Part shown: positions 26,216-35,711 of the stretch, piece after piece
Layout: every line of letters begins with the position of its first letter
Position numbering within the stretch: position 1 is the first letter of the stretch
Assembly (NCBI GenBank): GCA_964631685.1
Contig: CAZVZU010000003.1
Span: 118,506-182,505, forward strand
Direction: 5' to 3'
DNA length: 64,000 bases
From: an uncultured Actinomycetes bacterium
Lineage (GTDB): Bacteria; SZUA-79; Acidulodesulfobacterales; Acidulodesulfobacteraceae
Notes under the pieces: generated by a model
What the model was told of the DNA's origin: nothing
What the model saw: only the letters and a program-made list of their open reading frames with translations
Databases searched by the model: none
Program-made: the position numbers and the translations under genes

Positions 26216-27628
26216 ATGGAAGGTTTATCCCGAACAATCGCAATACTAATAGTCGAAGACGATGAAGCTTCCCGATTGGGGCTCGTCGAATTTATAAAAC
26301 TTGAGGGTTATGTAGTCTTCAGTGCAGACAGCATAAGTAGCGCTCTTAGTATTTTAAATTCAGATCATAATATAGACATTATCATTACCGACCTTAAACT
26401 TCCCGATGGAACAGGATTAGGCCTACTCAGAGGCATAAAAGAGGGCAAAATTCAAACCGCCGATGTTGTGGTTGCTACAGGGTTCAGTTCGGTAAAGAGC
26501 GCTGTTGAGGCCATGAAACTTGGCGCCTACGATTATATAACGAAACCGGTTAATCTCGACGAACTGGATTTAATAATCAAACGCATAATATCAAATAAAA
26601 AGCTCATAGCCGAAATCAATATTTTAAAAACAAGGCTCGATGAAAGATTTAATTTCGGGAATCTGATAACCTCGTCTAAAAAGATGGAAGGTATCGTAAA
26701 CATGGCCTTAGCTGTTGCGGATAAAAACTCTACCGTACTCATAGAAGGAGAATCCGGGACAGGCAAAGAGTTACTTGCCAATATCATCGTAAATAACAGT
26801 CGTAGGAAAAATAAACCCTTCATAAAGGTAAACTGTGCCGCTCTTTCTGAATCTATCTTGGAAAGTGAGCTTTTTGGGCATGAAAAAGGGGCGTATACAG
26901 GGGCGGATTCGCTTTATAAGGGTAGATTTGAGATAGCAGATAATGGCACCCTCTTTCTTGATGAAATCGGAGAAATATCATTTAAGACACAATCAAAAAT
27001 ATTACGTGTTCTCCAGGAAAGAGAGTTTGAAAGGGTTGGCGGCAACAAGACGATTAAAGTGGATATAAGAATTATCGCCGCATCTCAAGATATTGAAAAA
27101 AAGGTTGAAAAAGGGGAATTTAGACAGGATTTATATTATAGGTTAAATGTTGTTAATTTAAAACTTGTCCCGTTAAGAGAAAGGAAAGAGGATATACCAC
27201 TTTTAATAAAAAAATTTTTAGAGGATTTTTCTAAGGAAAGCGGTAGAAGCATTAGAAGATTAAACAAGAATGCCATCAATATTCTATTGGAGTATAATTT
27301 TCCGGGTAACGTCAGAGAGTTAAAAAATGTCATTGAATTTATGGTTGCCATCTCCGATAGTGAAGTTTTAGACGAATCAATGCTCCCTAATTATTTAAAA
27401 GAAAGACTGAGCAGGTCGTTATATCAATCGAAGGTAGAGGGGCAAGAAGCTAAGGAAAATTTTATTAAAATACCATTTAATACGACACTTGAAGATGCCG
27501 AAAACTTTATCATACAAAAAACCTTGGAGAGAAATTCTTATAGCAAGAAAAAAACTGCAGAAACGTTACACATCGGCTTAAAGACGGTTTACAGGAAACT
27601 CGGTAGCGCGCTTAATGATGCAACATAG
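26216..27628 (+). CDS. Sigma54-dependent response regulator (AtoC/ZraR-like)
   Basis: Receiver domain, GESGTGKE, ESELFGHEKGAYTGA, FPGNVREL, Fis HTH. Confidence 0.95.
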   Translation: MEGLSRTIAILIVEDDEASRLGLVEFIKLEGYVVFSADSISSALSILNSDHNIDIIITDLKLPDGTGLGLLRGIKEGKIQTADVVVATGFSSVKSAVEAMKLGAYDYITKPVNLDELDLIIKRIISNKKLIAEINILKTRLDERFNFGNLITSSKKMEGIVNMALAVADKNSTVLIEGESGTGKELLANIIVNNSRRKNKPFIKVNCAALSESILESELFGHEKGAYTGADSLYKGRFEIADNGTLFLDEIGEISFKTQSKILRVLQEREFERVGGNKTIKVDIRIIAASQDIEKKVEKGEFRQDLYYRLNVVNLKLVPLRERKEDIPLLIKKFLEDFSKESGRSIRRLNKNAINILLEYNFPGNVRELKNVIEFMVAISDSEVLDESMLPNYLKERLSRSLYQSKVEGQEAKENFIKIPFNTTLEDAENFIIQKTLERNSYSKKKTAETLHIGLKTVYRKLGSALNDAT

Positions 27629-29372
27629 TCTGCGCTCTTTTGATATAATCTTTCGTTTCTTTTGACCCCTTTATCTTGTACGATTTCTTAAAATATTTCA
27701 TTGCTTGTTTATAATCTTTTAACATGAGATAATCCATTCCCATATGTTTTAAAACGGTGGATGACCGGCTAAGTTTTTTCACCGCGAGCTTAAAATATTT
27801 CATTGCCTTGTCGTATTTTTTACTTTTATAATACACGAACCCAAGGCTGTCTAATATATAAGGCGCATTTTTATTGACGTGCAATGCTTTTTCTATAAGC
27901 ATCTTTGCCTTTTTTAAATCTGCTATATCCTTACTTTTCAAAGCAAGACAATATCCTGTAAAATTAAGCGCATTTGCGTTTTGTGGGTCTATCGTTAATA
28001 TTTTTTGCATTGTTAGGTTTGTTTTTTTCTCATCCTTCAGGGCATGATATACCGAGCCAAGTTCATATAAAAGTAGCGTGTCGCGGGGAAAATATTTGAG
28101 ACTCCTTAATAATATATTTTTTGCATCGTTAAGATCATTTATTTCGCTTAAAGCAATTGCAGGATAGTAATATATCTCTACATTCTTTTTTAGTCCGGGT
28201 TTTGATAATAGTGCGTTTACGATATTCTTTATTTTTGCCGCGTATTTTTTATTCCTACCCTTTCTGTAAAGAATTAAATAAATCCTTATTGATTCGAGTT
28301 TCGCATTTATGAAGTATTCGCCAGTTGTAGGCATATTGAAATAAATTAATCCTTTCAAGTATTTTTTTTGAAATGTGTAAGAAAGTCCGATAAGTAGAAA
28401 TGCATTTTCCCTGGAGCCCAGCATATTTCTATTATTCTTGGTGATATTGAGAAATTTAAAAAAATATTCACGTGCAACACTATATTTTCTCATTGAGTAG
28501 CTAAGAGCCGCTAACTGATAGAGTATCGTTTTGGAATGCGGGTCTATTTTTAAGTAGTTACGCAGTATCTTGGTGGCATTTTTTTTGTTTCCGGATGCGG
28601 TATAAATATGAGATAGCCTAAGATAACCTTTTTTAAAGTATGGGTCTATTTGTATCAGTTTTAATAGATTTTCTTCAGCTTTTTGCGTCTCATTTCCAAT
28701 AATATAGAGCCCAGACAATATATAATAGGCATTGATGTTAAGGGGATGATTTAGTTTTGCTATGTTTAGATATAATACTGCAGTTTTAAAATCTTTTTTA
28801 AAAATATAAAGTTTGGAAAGAAACAGAAGCGCTTTTAAATCGGCTGGGTCCTTTTTTAGAATGTTTTTTACAATCGCGATGGAACTATTAATATTATTAT
28901 TTCCGGCTAATATTGTAGCCTTAAGAATTAAGTACTTTTTGGATTTAACCCGCTCCAATTTTATGGCAAGATTAATAAGGGATAAAGATTTTTTGTACTC
29001 CCTATTTTTAAGGTAAAGTTTTGACAGAACGTAGTATAGGTAGGCATTATCTGTTTTTTTCGTTTCTTTTTTAAGATATTTTATTGCTCGTGTATAATCA
29101 CCATTATCGTAGTAAATAAAACCTTTAATCAGGTTGTCAATATTTTTTGCATTAGACTCTTTATATTTAAATGTTATGGGTGAGTACACAGATGTGTACA
29201 TCGGCGTACCGGTTGTACCAAAAGAATTTGAGGATAAATAATTAAATATACCCACTGAGAAAGACGAGAGCAAAAATATAGCAAGGACAATCGAAAAAAC
29301 TGTTTTTACTTCATGAATTTTTTTGAGAGGAGAATGAAAAATTCCACATTTCCTTTTTTCCCCTTTATGCAT
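27612..29372 (-). CDS. Exported tetratricopeptide repeat protein (start uncertain)
   Basis: Many TPR-like repeats; C-terminal NANALNFTGY...ILDSLGFVYYK...HMG pattern. Confidence 0.85.
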   Translation of the reverse strand: MHKGEKRKCGIFHSPLKKIHEVKTVFSIVLAIFLLSSFSVGIFNYLSSNSFGTTGTPMYTSVYSPITFKYKESNAKNIDNLIKGFIYYDNGDYTRAIKYLKKETKKTDNAYLYYVLSKLYLKNREYKKSLSLINLAIKLERVKSKKYLILKATILAGNNNINSSIAIVKNILKKDPADLKALLFLSKLYIFKKDFKTAVLYLNIAKLNHPLNINAYYILSGLYIIGNETQKAEENLLKLIQIDPYFKKGYLRLSHIYTASGNKKNATKILRNYLKIDPHSKTILYQLAALSYSMRKYSVAREYFFKFLNITKNNRNMLGSRENAFLLIGLSYTFQKKYLKGLIYFNMPTTGEYFINAKLESIRIYLILYRKGRNKKYAAKIKNIVNALLSKPGLKKNVEIYYYPAIALSEINDLNDAKNILLRSLKYFPRDTLLLYELGSVYHALKDEKKTNLTMQKILTIDPQNANALNFTGYCLALKSKDIADLKKAKMLIEKALHVNKNAPYILDSLGFVYYKSKKYDKAMKYFKLAVKKLSRSSTVLKHMGMDYLMLKDYKQAMKYFKKSYKIKGSKETKDYIKRAQTMLHH

Positions 29373-30052
29373 GATTTTTTTACTCCTATGGTTGTGAGAT
29401 TTAAGTTTGCTGAAAATTCTATTATGCCATTTACAATGGAATTATGCACACTCTCATCTTTTATAACACCCTTTTTAAGGATTGATTTATTTTCGGTTTC
29501 AAACTGTGGCTTTATTAACGCAAGTATTGAGCCATCATCCTTGATAAATTTTGAGATATGAATAAGTACTTTTTTTAGTGATATAAAAGATACGTCGCAC
29601 ACTGCTAAGTCAAGTTTCTCTCCTATCTCGTCTAATGAAAGGTATTTTATGTTTGTATTTTCAAAATTTTTAATTTTCTTATTATTTCTTATAGAATAGT
29701 AGAGCTGTCCGTATCCGACATCAATGCAATAAACAAAATCCGCACCTTCTTGCAATAGACAGTCCGTGAAACCTCCAGTTGAAGCACCTACGTCCATCAC
29801 CCTTTTGCCGCTTACGTCAAGTCCTAAATCTGTCAAAGCGCCTTTTAATTTCAAACCACCCCTTGAGACATAGGGATTTGTTTCTTTTATGCTTATGTTG
29901 CTCTCTGGCTTTACTAGCGTGCCTGGTTTTGTACAAACATTACCGTTTACTGACACCCTACCTTCCATTATCAAAGATGATGCGCGAGTTCTGGTCAAGG
30001 AGGATGAAGATGGACTACTAGAAAGAAGAACGTCTAATCTTAATTTTTTCAC
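29306..30052 (-). CDS. tlyA: TlyA family rRNA methyltransferase
   Basis: S4 domain RLD, YVSRGGLKL, DVGASTGGFTD, DVSFISL, IKPQFE. Confidence 0.96.
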   Translation of the reverse strand: MKKLRLDVLLSSSPSSSSLTRTRASSLIMEGRVSVNGNVCTKPGTLVKPESNISIKETNPYVSRGGLKLKGALTDLGLDVSGKRVMDVGASTGGFTDCLLQEGADFVYCIDVGYGQLYYSIRNNKKIKNFENTNIKYLSLDEIGEKLDLAVCDVSFISLKKVLIHISKFIKDDGSILALIKPQFETENKSILKKGVIKDESVHNSIVNGIIEFSANLNLTTIGVKKSCIKGKKGNVEFFILLSKKFMK

Positions 30053-31958
30053 TATTACTGTTTAAATTAAAAAAGAGGTTTATAGAGTTCCTAAGCCCTT
30101 CTGCAGAGAAACCAGCAGTGGCAAGCAACTCCTTTCTTGAACCGTGTTCAATATAATCGTTGCCAAGGGATAATATTTTATATTCTGCATGTAGCGATCC
30201 GGAGTTTTGACTTATGGCGGTTAAAAGTTTTGAACCAAACCCGGAATATTCTACGTTTTCTTCCACCGTCATAATTTTCTTAGATTTTTTTAATTTATCT
30301 ATTAATTTATCGGAGATAGGTGATACGAATCTTGCATTAATAAGTCCTATGTTTACAGTTTTACTAGTGATATCCGAATTTATTTCGCGTAATATATCTT
30401 TTATGATATCGGTATGCGGAGCGCCGAGACTGACTATAATATTTTCTTCGTAATCATGTATGACCTCAAAATCGCCTTCGGCTATGACTTCTACTTCATC
30501 CATTTCAGGTGCATTAAAGTATGGTATTGATATTTTAGGGTATCTTATTGCGACGGGCTTATTATACAAAAGAGCGCTCTTAAGCATTTGCATAAGTTCG
30601 CGATCGTCTTTTGGAGACATTAGCACAAGGTTTGGAATATAGTTCAGAAAAGAGATATCAAATAATCCTTGGTGGGTCGCCCCATCTTCCCCTGCGATAC
30701 CCGCCCTGTCAATGCAGAATACAACAGGAAGATTTTGAAGGCATATATCGTGTATAATTTGGTCCAAAGAGCGTTGAAGAAAGGTTGAATAAATAAATAC
30801 AAAGGGTCTTAATCCGGATGAGGCTGCGCCTGCGGCAAAGGTTGATGCATGCTCTTCTGCAATTCCAACATCGAAAAACCTGTCAGGAAATGTTTTGGCA
30901 AATTTTGAAAGCCCTGTACCGTCGGTCATAGCTGCAGTTATAGCTATTATTTTATCGTTTGTTTGTGCAATATTCATTAAAAAGTTTGATGCAATTTCTC
31001 CGTAGGTCATATTGCCTGTTTTTTTAAGGGTTAAACCGGTTTTTTTATCGAAAGCCGATATTCCGTGAAACAACGACGGGTTTTTTTCGGAAGGCCCGTA
31101 ACCCTTACCTTTCTGCGTGATTATATGTAGCAGGACCGGTTTTTTTATTTTTTTTATATTCTCGAAAGAGTCTAAAAGATGGGTCATATTATGTCCATTT
31201 ATTGGACCTATGTATGTGAATCCCAATTCTTCAAAGATAATACCTGGAACGATCATGTTTTTAAAGGATTCTTCAAATTTTGTCACAAATTTTGCGACTT
31301 GGCCTCCAAACAGCGGAATTGATTTTAGTAATTTTTCGGTATCATTTCTAAAGCTTTGATAAAAACCACCGCTCATTATCTTATTAAGGTAGTTTGAAAT
31401 AGCCCCGACATTTTTTGAAATAGACATTTCGTTGTCGTTTAAAATTATTATGGTGTCTTTCTTTAGTGCTCCCGTATAATTGAGGCCCTCAAGTGCAATG
31501 CCGTTGGATATTGATGCATCGCCTATCACCGCTATAACCCTGCCATCGTCATTTTTATGCAGTAATTCTCTTGCAACACTTGCGCCGAGGGCCGCCGATA
31601 TAGATGTTCCGGCGTGACCTGTTCCAAAAAAGTCATATTTACTTTCGCTTAAAGACGGAAATCCAGAAATGCCGCCCAACTTTCTAATGGTTTTAAAACT
31701 TTCCCTTCTACCCGTAAGAATTTTATATGCGTATGACTGGTGCCCTACGTCCCATATTATCTTATCGGATTTTTCTATGTCAAATGATTTTAAAAGGCAT
31801 AACGTAAGCTCAATGACTCCAAGGCTTGATGCAAGATGCCCCCCGTTTTTTGAGCAGGTCGATATTATTTCCTCTCTAAGTTCTGACGCGAGGATTTGCA
31901 GATCTTCTTGACATAGAGTATTTACATCATTCGGATTTTTTATTTTGTCTAAAAACAT
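30018..31958 (-). CDS. dxs: 1-deoxy-D-xylulose-5-phosphate synthase
   Basis: GGHLASSLG, WDVGHQ, GHAGTSIS, LNDNEMSIS, DVGIAEEH, DGATHQG; start set at ATG (MFLDK). Confidence 0.97.
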   Translation of the reverse strand: MFLDKIKNPNDVNTLCQEDLQILASELREEIISTCSKNGGHLASSLGVIELTLCLLKSFDIEKSDKIIWDVGHQSYAYKILTGRRESFKTIRKLGGISGFPSLSESKYDFFGTGHAGTSISAALGASVARELLHKNDDGRVIAVIGDASISNGIALEGLNYTGALKKDTIIILNDNEMSISKNVGAISNYLNKIMSGGFYQSFRNDTEKLLKSIPLFGGQVAKFVTKFEESFKNMIVPGIIFEELGFTYIGPINGHNMTHLLDSFENIKKIKKPVLLHIITQKGKGYGPSEKNPSLFHGISAFDKKTGLTLKKTGNMTYGEIASNFLMNIAQTNDKIIAITAAMTDGTGLSKFAKTFPDRFFDVGIAEEHASTFAAGAASSGLRPFVFIYSTFLQRSLDQIIHDICLQNLPVVFCIDRAGIAGEDGATHQGLFDISFLNYIPNLVLMSPKDDRELMQMLKSALLYNKPVAIRYPKISIPYFNAPEMDEVEVIAEGDFEVIHDYEENIIVSLGAPHTDIIKDILREINSDITSKTVNIGLINARFVSPISDKLIDKLKKSKKIMTVEENVEYSGFGSKLLTAISQNSGSLHAEYKILSLGNDYIEHGSRKELLATAGFSAEGLRNSINLFFNLNSNSEKIKIRRSSF

Positions 31959-31963
31959 AGCGA

Positions 31964-32878
31964 TCAATTTATCCTATTTGATAGATAACGTACGAATTCA
32001 ATTAACATATCTTGTTCAGCGCATGTTTTGTCGAGATAAAACAATGCTTTTCTATTATATTCGTCAACTAATTCACGAGATTTTTCAAGCCCGATAGTGG
32101 ATGTAACAGTAGATTTCTTATTAATCTTGTCTATGCCCGTTGTTTTGCCTGTAATTTCTTTATTTCCGTAAATACCGAGCATATCGTCTATTGTCTGAAA
32201 TGCGAGGCCGATGCAGATGCCGAATTTTTTAAAATTATTAATGACCGAGTCATCTCCCCCTGCCAAAATAGCACCCATAGCGCAAGCCGTACCTATAAGC
32301 TTCGCTGTTTTATTTTTATTTATACATTCAATATCTTCCGGACTAATGGCGGTTCCAAACGAATTTACATCTAAGAATTGCCCCCCAACAAGGCCATCGG
32401 AGCCTGATGCATAAGAAAGTTCCCGTATTATATCAATAATTTTGTTTGGTTCGAATCCCTCAATATATTCTTTATCCGAAAGAACGACGAATGATTCTGT
32501 AAGAAGAGCATCCCCCGCGAGTATGGCTGTTGCATCCCCGAAGACTATATGATTTGCAGGCTTGCCCCTTCTTGAATCGTCGTTATCCATTGCAGGAAGA
32601 TCGTCATGTATTAAGGAATATGAATGTATTAATTCGAGAGATGATGCAAACGGAATGAGCTTTTTTTTATCCAGAAAACCAAGGCTTTCTGCCGTAATTA
32701 AAAGGATTATAGGCCTAATTCTTTTCCCGGGTGTGACCAAAGTGTATAACATGGCATCGTTGAGAGAAAAATTATTTTGAGGAAATTTTTTGTTACATGT
32801 TTTTTTACTAAAATGCTCTTTCAAAAAATCGTTAATTAGGATTTTGTTTTTCTCAATATATTCTTCTATGTTAGCCAT
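31964..32878 (-). CDS. ispA: Polyprenyl (farnesyl) diphosphate synthase
   Basis: GKRIRP, SLIHDDLPAMDNDDSRRG, AILAGDALL, FQTIDD. Confidence 0.95.
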   Translation of the reverse strand: MANIEEYIEKNKILINDFLKEHFSKKTCNKKFPQNNFSLNDAMLYTLVTPGKRIRPIILLITAESLGFLDKKKLIPFASSLELIHSYSLIHDDLPAMDNDDSRRGKPANHIVFGDATAILAGDALLTESFVVLSDKEYIEGFEPNKIIDIIRELSYASGSDGLVGGQFLDVNSFGTAISPEDIECINKNKTAKLIGTACAMGAILAGGDDSVINNFKKFGICIGLAFQTIDDMLGIYGNKEITGKTTGIDKINKKSTVTSTIGLEKSRELVDEYNRKALFYLDKTCAEQDMLIEFVRYLSNRIN

Positions 32879-32913
32879 ATTCGTGTAGTAAATTCTAACT
32901 ATTACCGACTTTT

Positions 32914-33207
32914 TTAGTCAACCCCGAGTGGTTTTACCGAAAATTGAGGAACAGATTTTGCCTGCTCATCGTCTTGTCGGTTGGATGCTTTCTCGCTTTT
33001 TATGGTTAGCTCTTCAACTCTTTTTTCTGCCGATTCAAGTTTTTTCATTAAATAATTAGAGTATTTAATACCATCTTCGTATATTTTAATCGCTTCTTCG
33101 AGACCTACGCCGCCGCCTTCCAGACTTAAAACATCCCCCTCTAATTTCTTGAGAGCATCCTCGAAGGTCATATTACCATCTAAATTGTCCGGATATTTTT
33201 CTTTCAT
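32914..33207 (-). CDS. xseB: Exodeoxyribonuclease VII small subunit
   Basis: TFEDALKKLE...LEEAIKIYEDG...LESAEKRV. Start moved to ATG 33207 because the upstream TTG coincides with a -35 box. Confidence 0.93.
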   Translation of the reverse strand: MKEKYPDNLDGNMTFEDALKKLEGDVLSLEGGGVGLEEAIKIYEDGIKYSNYLMKKLESAEKRVEELTIKSEKASNRQDDEQAKSVPQFSVKPLGVD

Positions 33208-33214
33208 TACAGCG

Positions 33215-33243
33215 ATTATAGAATAAAAGCCAAAAATTATCAA
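33215..33243 (-). promoter_or_regulatory. Sigma70 promoter for xseB-ispA-dxs-tlyA, leaderless geometry
   Basis: Minus strand TTGATA-17 bp-TATAAT-7 nt-ATG. Confidence 0.7.
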
Positions 33244-33383
33244 TAAATAACTTTTTTAATAAAATAAGTGTTGAAAAAAATAAATCTATTCTGTATTATT
33301 TAAACTAGTATAAATTGTTTAAATAAAAAATATACATAAACAATTGAGTAGTAAAATTAAATTAGCAGGGGAGGAGCAATAAA

Positions 33384-33713
33384 ATGCTAATGCTTGGGTC
33401 TTTTGTAACCTTTAAAAATCTCTTTTATATTTTGGTCTTGTTTGGAGCGCTGTTAATGCTTCTAAATATGATTGTTGCGGCTTCTCTGAAAAATAAAATA
33501 CCCGGAGGCTTTGTCGGAAGGTGGCTGACATTAATGTGGCTCTTTATGTTCTTCTTCTTTTTGTCCGAAGCAGGCGCTTTCTTTTTCATTGCATCCTTGC
33601 GTAATGTATATATGTCATATTTTCTTATTGGCTTAACGTTGTTTTTTGGCTCTGTCTTCGTGGCTGTTGTTAATAGGTTTATATTTCACTTGATTAATGA
33701 ATTCAGTAAGTAG
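33384..33713 (+). CDS. Small hypothetical membrane protein (about 3 TM)
   Basis: Strong SD GGAGGAG; three hydrophobic segments. Confidence 0.7.
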   Translation: MLMLGSFVTFKNLFYILVLFGALLMLLNMIVAASLKNKIPGGFVGRWLTLMWLFMFFFFLSEAGAFFFIASLRNVYMSYFLIGLTLFFGSVFVAVVNRFIFHLINEFSK

Positions 33714-33763
33714 GTGCATTTCTAAAATTTACGAATTTTTTTAATTATTAAGGGCTATTCACT

Positions 33764-34711
33764 GTGGATCTAAAAGGAAATATAACTAATCTTGAGCTTT
33801 TTGATGTTCTAAGATTTTTACAGATTTCTAAAAAGACGGGAGTGCTGAATCTTCGTTTTGAAAATTTTGCCACCAAGCTTTTTGTAAAAGACGGAATGCT
33901 GTATTTTCTTTCTATATCTGACGACGCCATCCTAGAAAAATTGGTTATGAAATCGCCAGACATTGATAAGAGTGGTTATTCGCAAATGATTGAAAAATTT
34001 AGGGCACATTATAGGACAACTGCTGGTTTTGATGTATATTTTTTTAAATCTAATATTATCCCTAAAGAAAAAGAGCGTGATTTTATATCCAATTACATAT
34101 CGGAAACCCTGAATTATATATTATTATTGTCTAATGGAGAGTTTGTTTTCGACGAAAAGCAGTTACCCGATGTTATAAACTTTACTGTCCCGTTGAATTT
34201 TTTACCCATTCTTGCTGAGTGCAAAAAGAGAAGAGATGAACTTGCGGTAATGACGAAGGTTATCCCTTCCAAACGACACATACCTGTCGTAGTTACTAAC
34301 AGGAAAGATAGTTCAAGGCCGCTCTCGCTTACCCCTGCCATTTGGAATGTCCTATCCCTTGTCAATGGAAAAAGGAATATAAATAATATTATTTCATTAT
34401 CTATAGAAAATGATTTTTTTGTTTTAAAAACGCTTTATAATTTATTGCAGAGTGGTTATATAAATCTTGAACAGCCTAAAAATGAAGGAAATAAGAGTGT
34501 AAACCTTGTCGACTCCATAAAAAAAATCCTAAGGGAACAGTTAGGCAGCAAAGCTGATAGGATACCTATAAATTTTGATGATGTAAAAGTAGATAAGCAT
34601 TCTCTGATGAAAGTGGCGCACGATGTGGAGAGATATGTTTATATGTTTGTTGATGATAAAAAAGCTACAAAGATTGATTATCTCATAAAACAGCTATTAA
34701 TAGGTCTTTGA
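33764..34711 (+). CDS. DUF4388 (PATAN-like) domain protein
   Basis: LKGNITNLELFDVLRFLQISKKTGVL N-terminus, GEFVF, and LTPAIWNVLSLVNGKRNI winged-helix-like segment. Confidence 0.8.
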   Translation: MDLKGNITNLELFDVLRFLQISKKTGVLNLRFENFATKLFVKDGMLYFLSISDDAILEKLVMKSPDIDKSGYSQMIEKFRAHYRTTAGFDVYFFKSNIIPKEKERDFISNYISETLNYILLLSNGEFVFDEKQLPDVINFTVPLNFLPILAECKKRRDELAVMTKVIPSKRHIPVVVTNRKDSSRPLSLTPAIWNVLSLVNGKRNINNIISLSIENDFFVLKTLYNLLQSGYINLEQPKNEGNKSVNLVDSIKKILREQLGSKADRIPINFDDVKVDKHSLMKVAHDVERYVYMFVDDKKATKIDYLIKQLLIGL

Positions 34712-34712
34712 T

Positions 34713-35657
34713 ATGCAAAGTCAAAAAGGTGCTCATCTTTCCTCATCTTTCAGTCCGCGGGTAATCCGTAAAGATAACGTGGATTCTCCTAAGCTTTTTG
34801 CCGGTATCTTCGGCTACAATATAAAGTATTCCCTGTCACCTGTGATGCATAATAAAATGTCGGAGTTTTCAGGTTCGCACCTTTGTTACGGCAGCTTCGA
34901 TGTTCCGCCTCATGGTTTCGGTGACGCGTTTAATGGGTTCAAAAGCCTTAGACTAAAGGGCGCCAATATAACTCAACCGTACAAAATAGATGTATTAAGC
35001 CACCTGAAATATTTAAGCGGTGAGGCTGAAATGATTGGCGCAGTGAATACGGTCAATCTTGAGGATGACGGTTTCTATAAGGGTTACAATACTGATATAG
35101 CCGGCTTCATAAAAAGTGTCAAGTACGAATTCGGAATCGAATTGAAAAATAAGAATACGGTGATTTTAGGTGCAGGCGGTGCGTCCAGGGCTATTTTATA
35201 TTCGTTGATAAAAGAGGGTGCCAAGAGCGTTTTGATAATAAATCGTAATATGGTTAATGCAAAAATATTGTTTGAAGCGGCAAAGGTATGGATGGGAGCG
35301 CTAAGAGTAAATCCGGAAATCCTTTATTCAGATACCTTTCCATTGGATGTTTCTGATAAAAAATGGTTCGAAGAGTGTGATATTATTATCAATACAATAA
35401 CTCCATCGGAAAACAGTCTTGGATTTATTAAATCCCTGCCGTTAAATAATCTGAGTGTTAGTTGTTTTGCTATGGATATTTCTTATAATCCGCCGTTAAC
35501 ACCGTTCCTTGAGTTTGTAGGCGGACATGTGTCAACATGTGCTAATGGCTTGTCTATGTTGCTTTTTCAAGCAATAGAAAGTTTTTATATATGGACGGGT
35601 AAAAGGGTTGATATAGTCACACTTAAAAGTATGTTAGAAGGTTCTTCTTTTATATGA
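34713..35657 (+). CDS. aroE: Shikimate dehydrogenase
   Basis: SLSPVMHN, GANITQPYK, GAVNT, NTDIAGF, GAGGASRA, NGLSMLLFQA. Confidence 0.95.
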   Translation: MQSQKGAHLSSSFSPRVIRKDNVDSPKLFAGIFGYNIKYSLSPVMHNKMSEFSGSHLCYGSFDVPPHGFGDAFNGFKSLRLKGANITQPYKIDVLSHLKYLSGEAEMIGAVNTVNLEDDGFYKGYNTDIAGFIKSVKYEFGIELKNKNTVILGAGGASRAILYSLIKEGAKSVLIINRNMVNAKILFEAAKVWMGALRVNPEILYSDTFPLDVSDKKWFEECDIIINTITPSENSLGFIKSLPLNNLSVSCFAMDISYNPPLTPFLEFVGGHVSTCANGLSMLLFQAIESFYIWTGKRVDIVTLKSMLEGSSFI

Positions 35658-35711
35658 TAAAATAGGTCTTTAGAAGAGGGGAAGTAAGTCTGTTATTCAG
35701 GAGGTTTAAGT

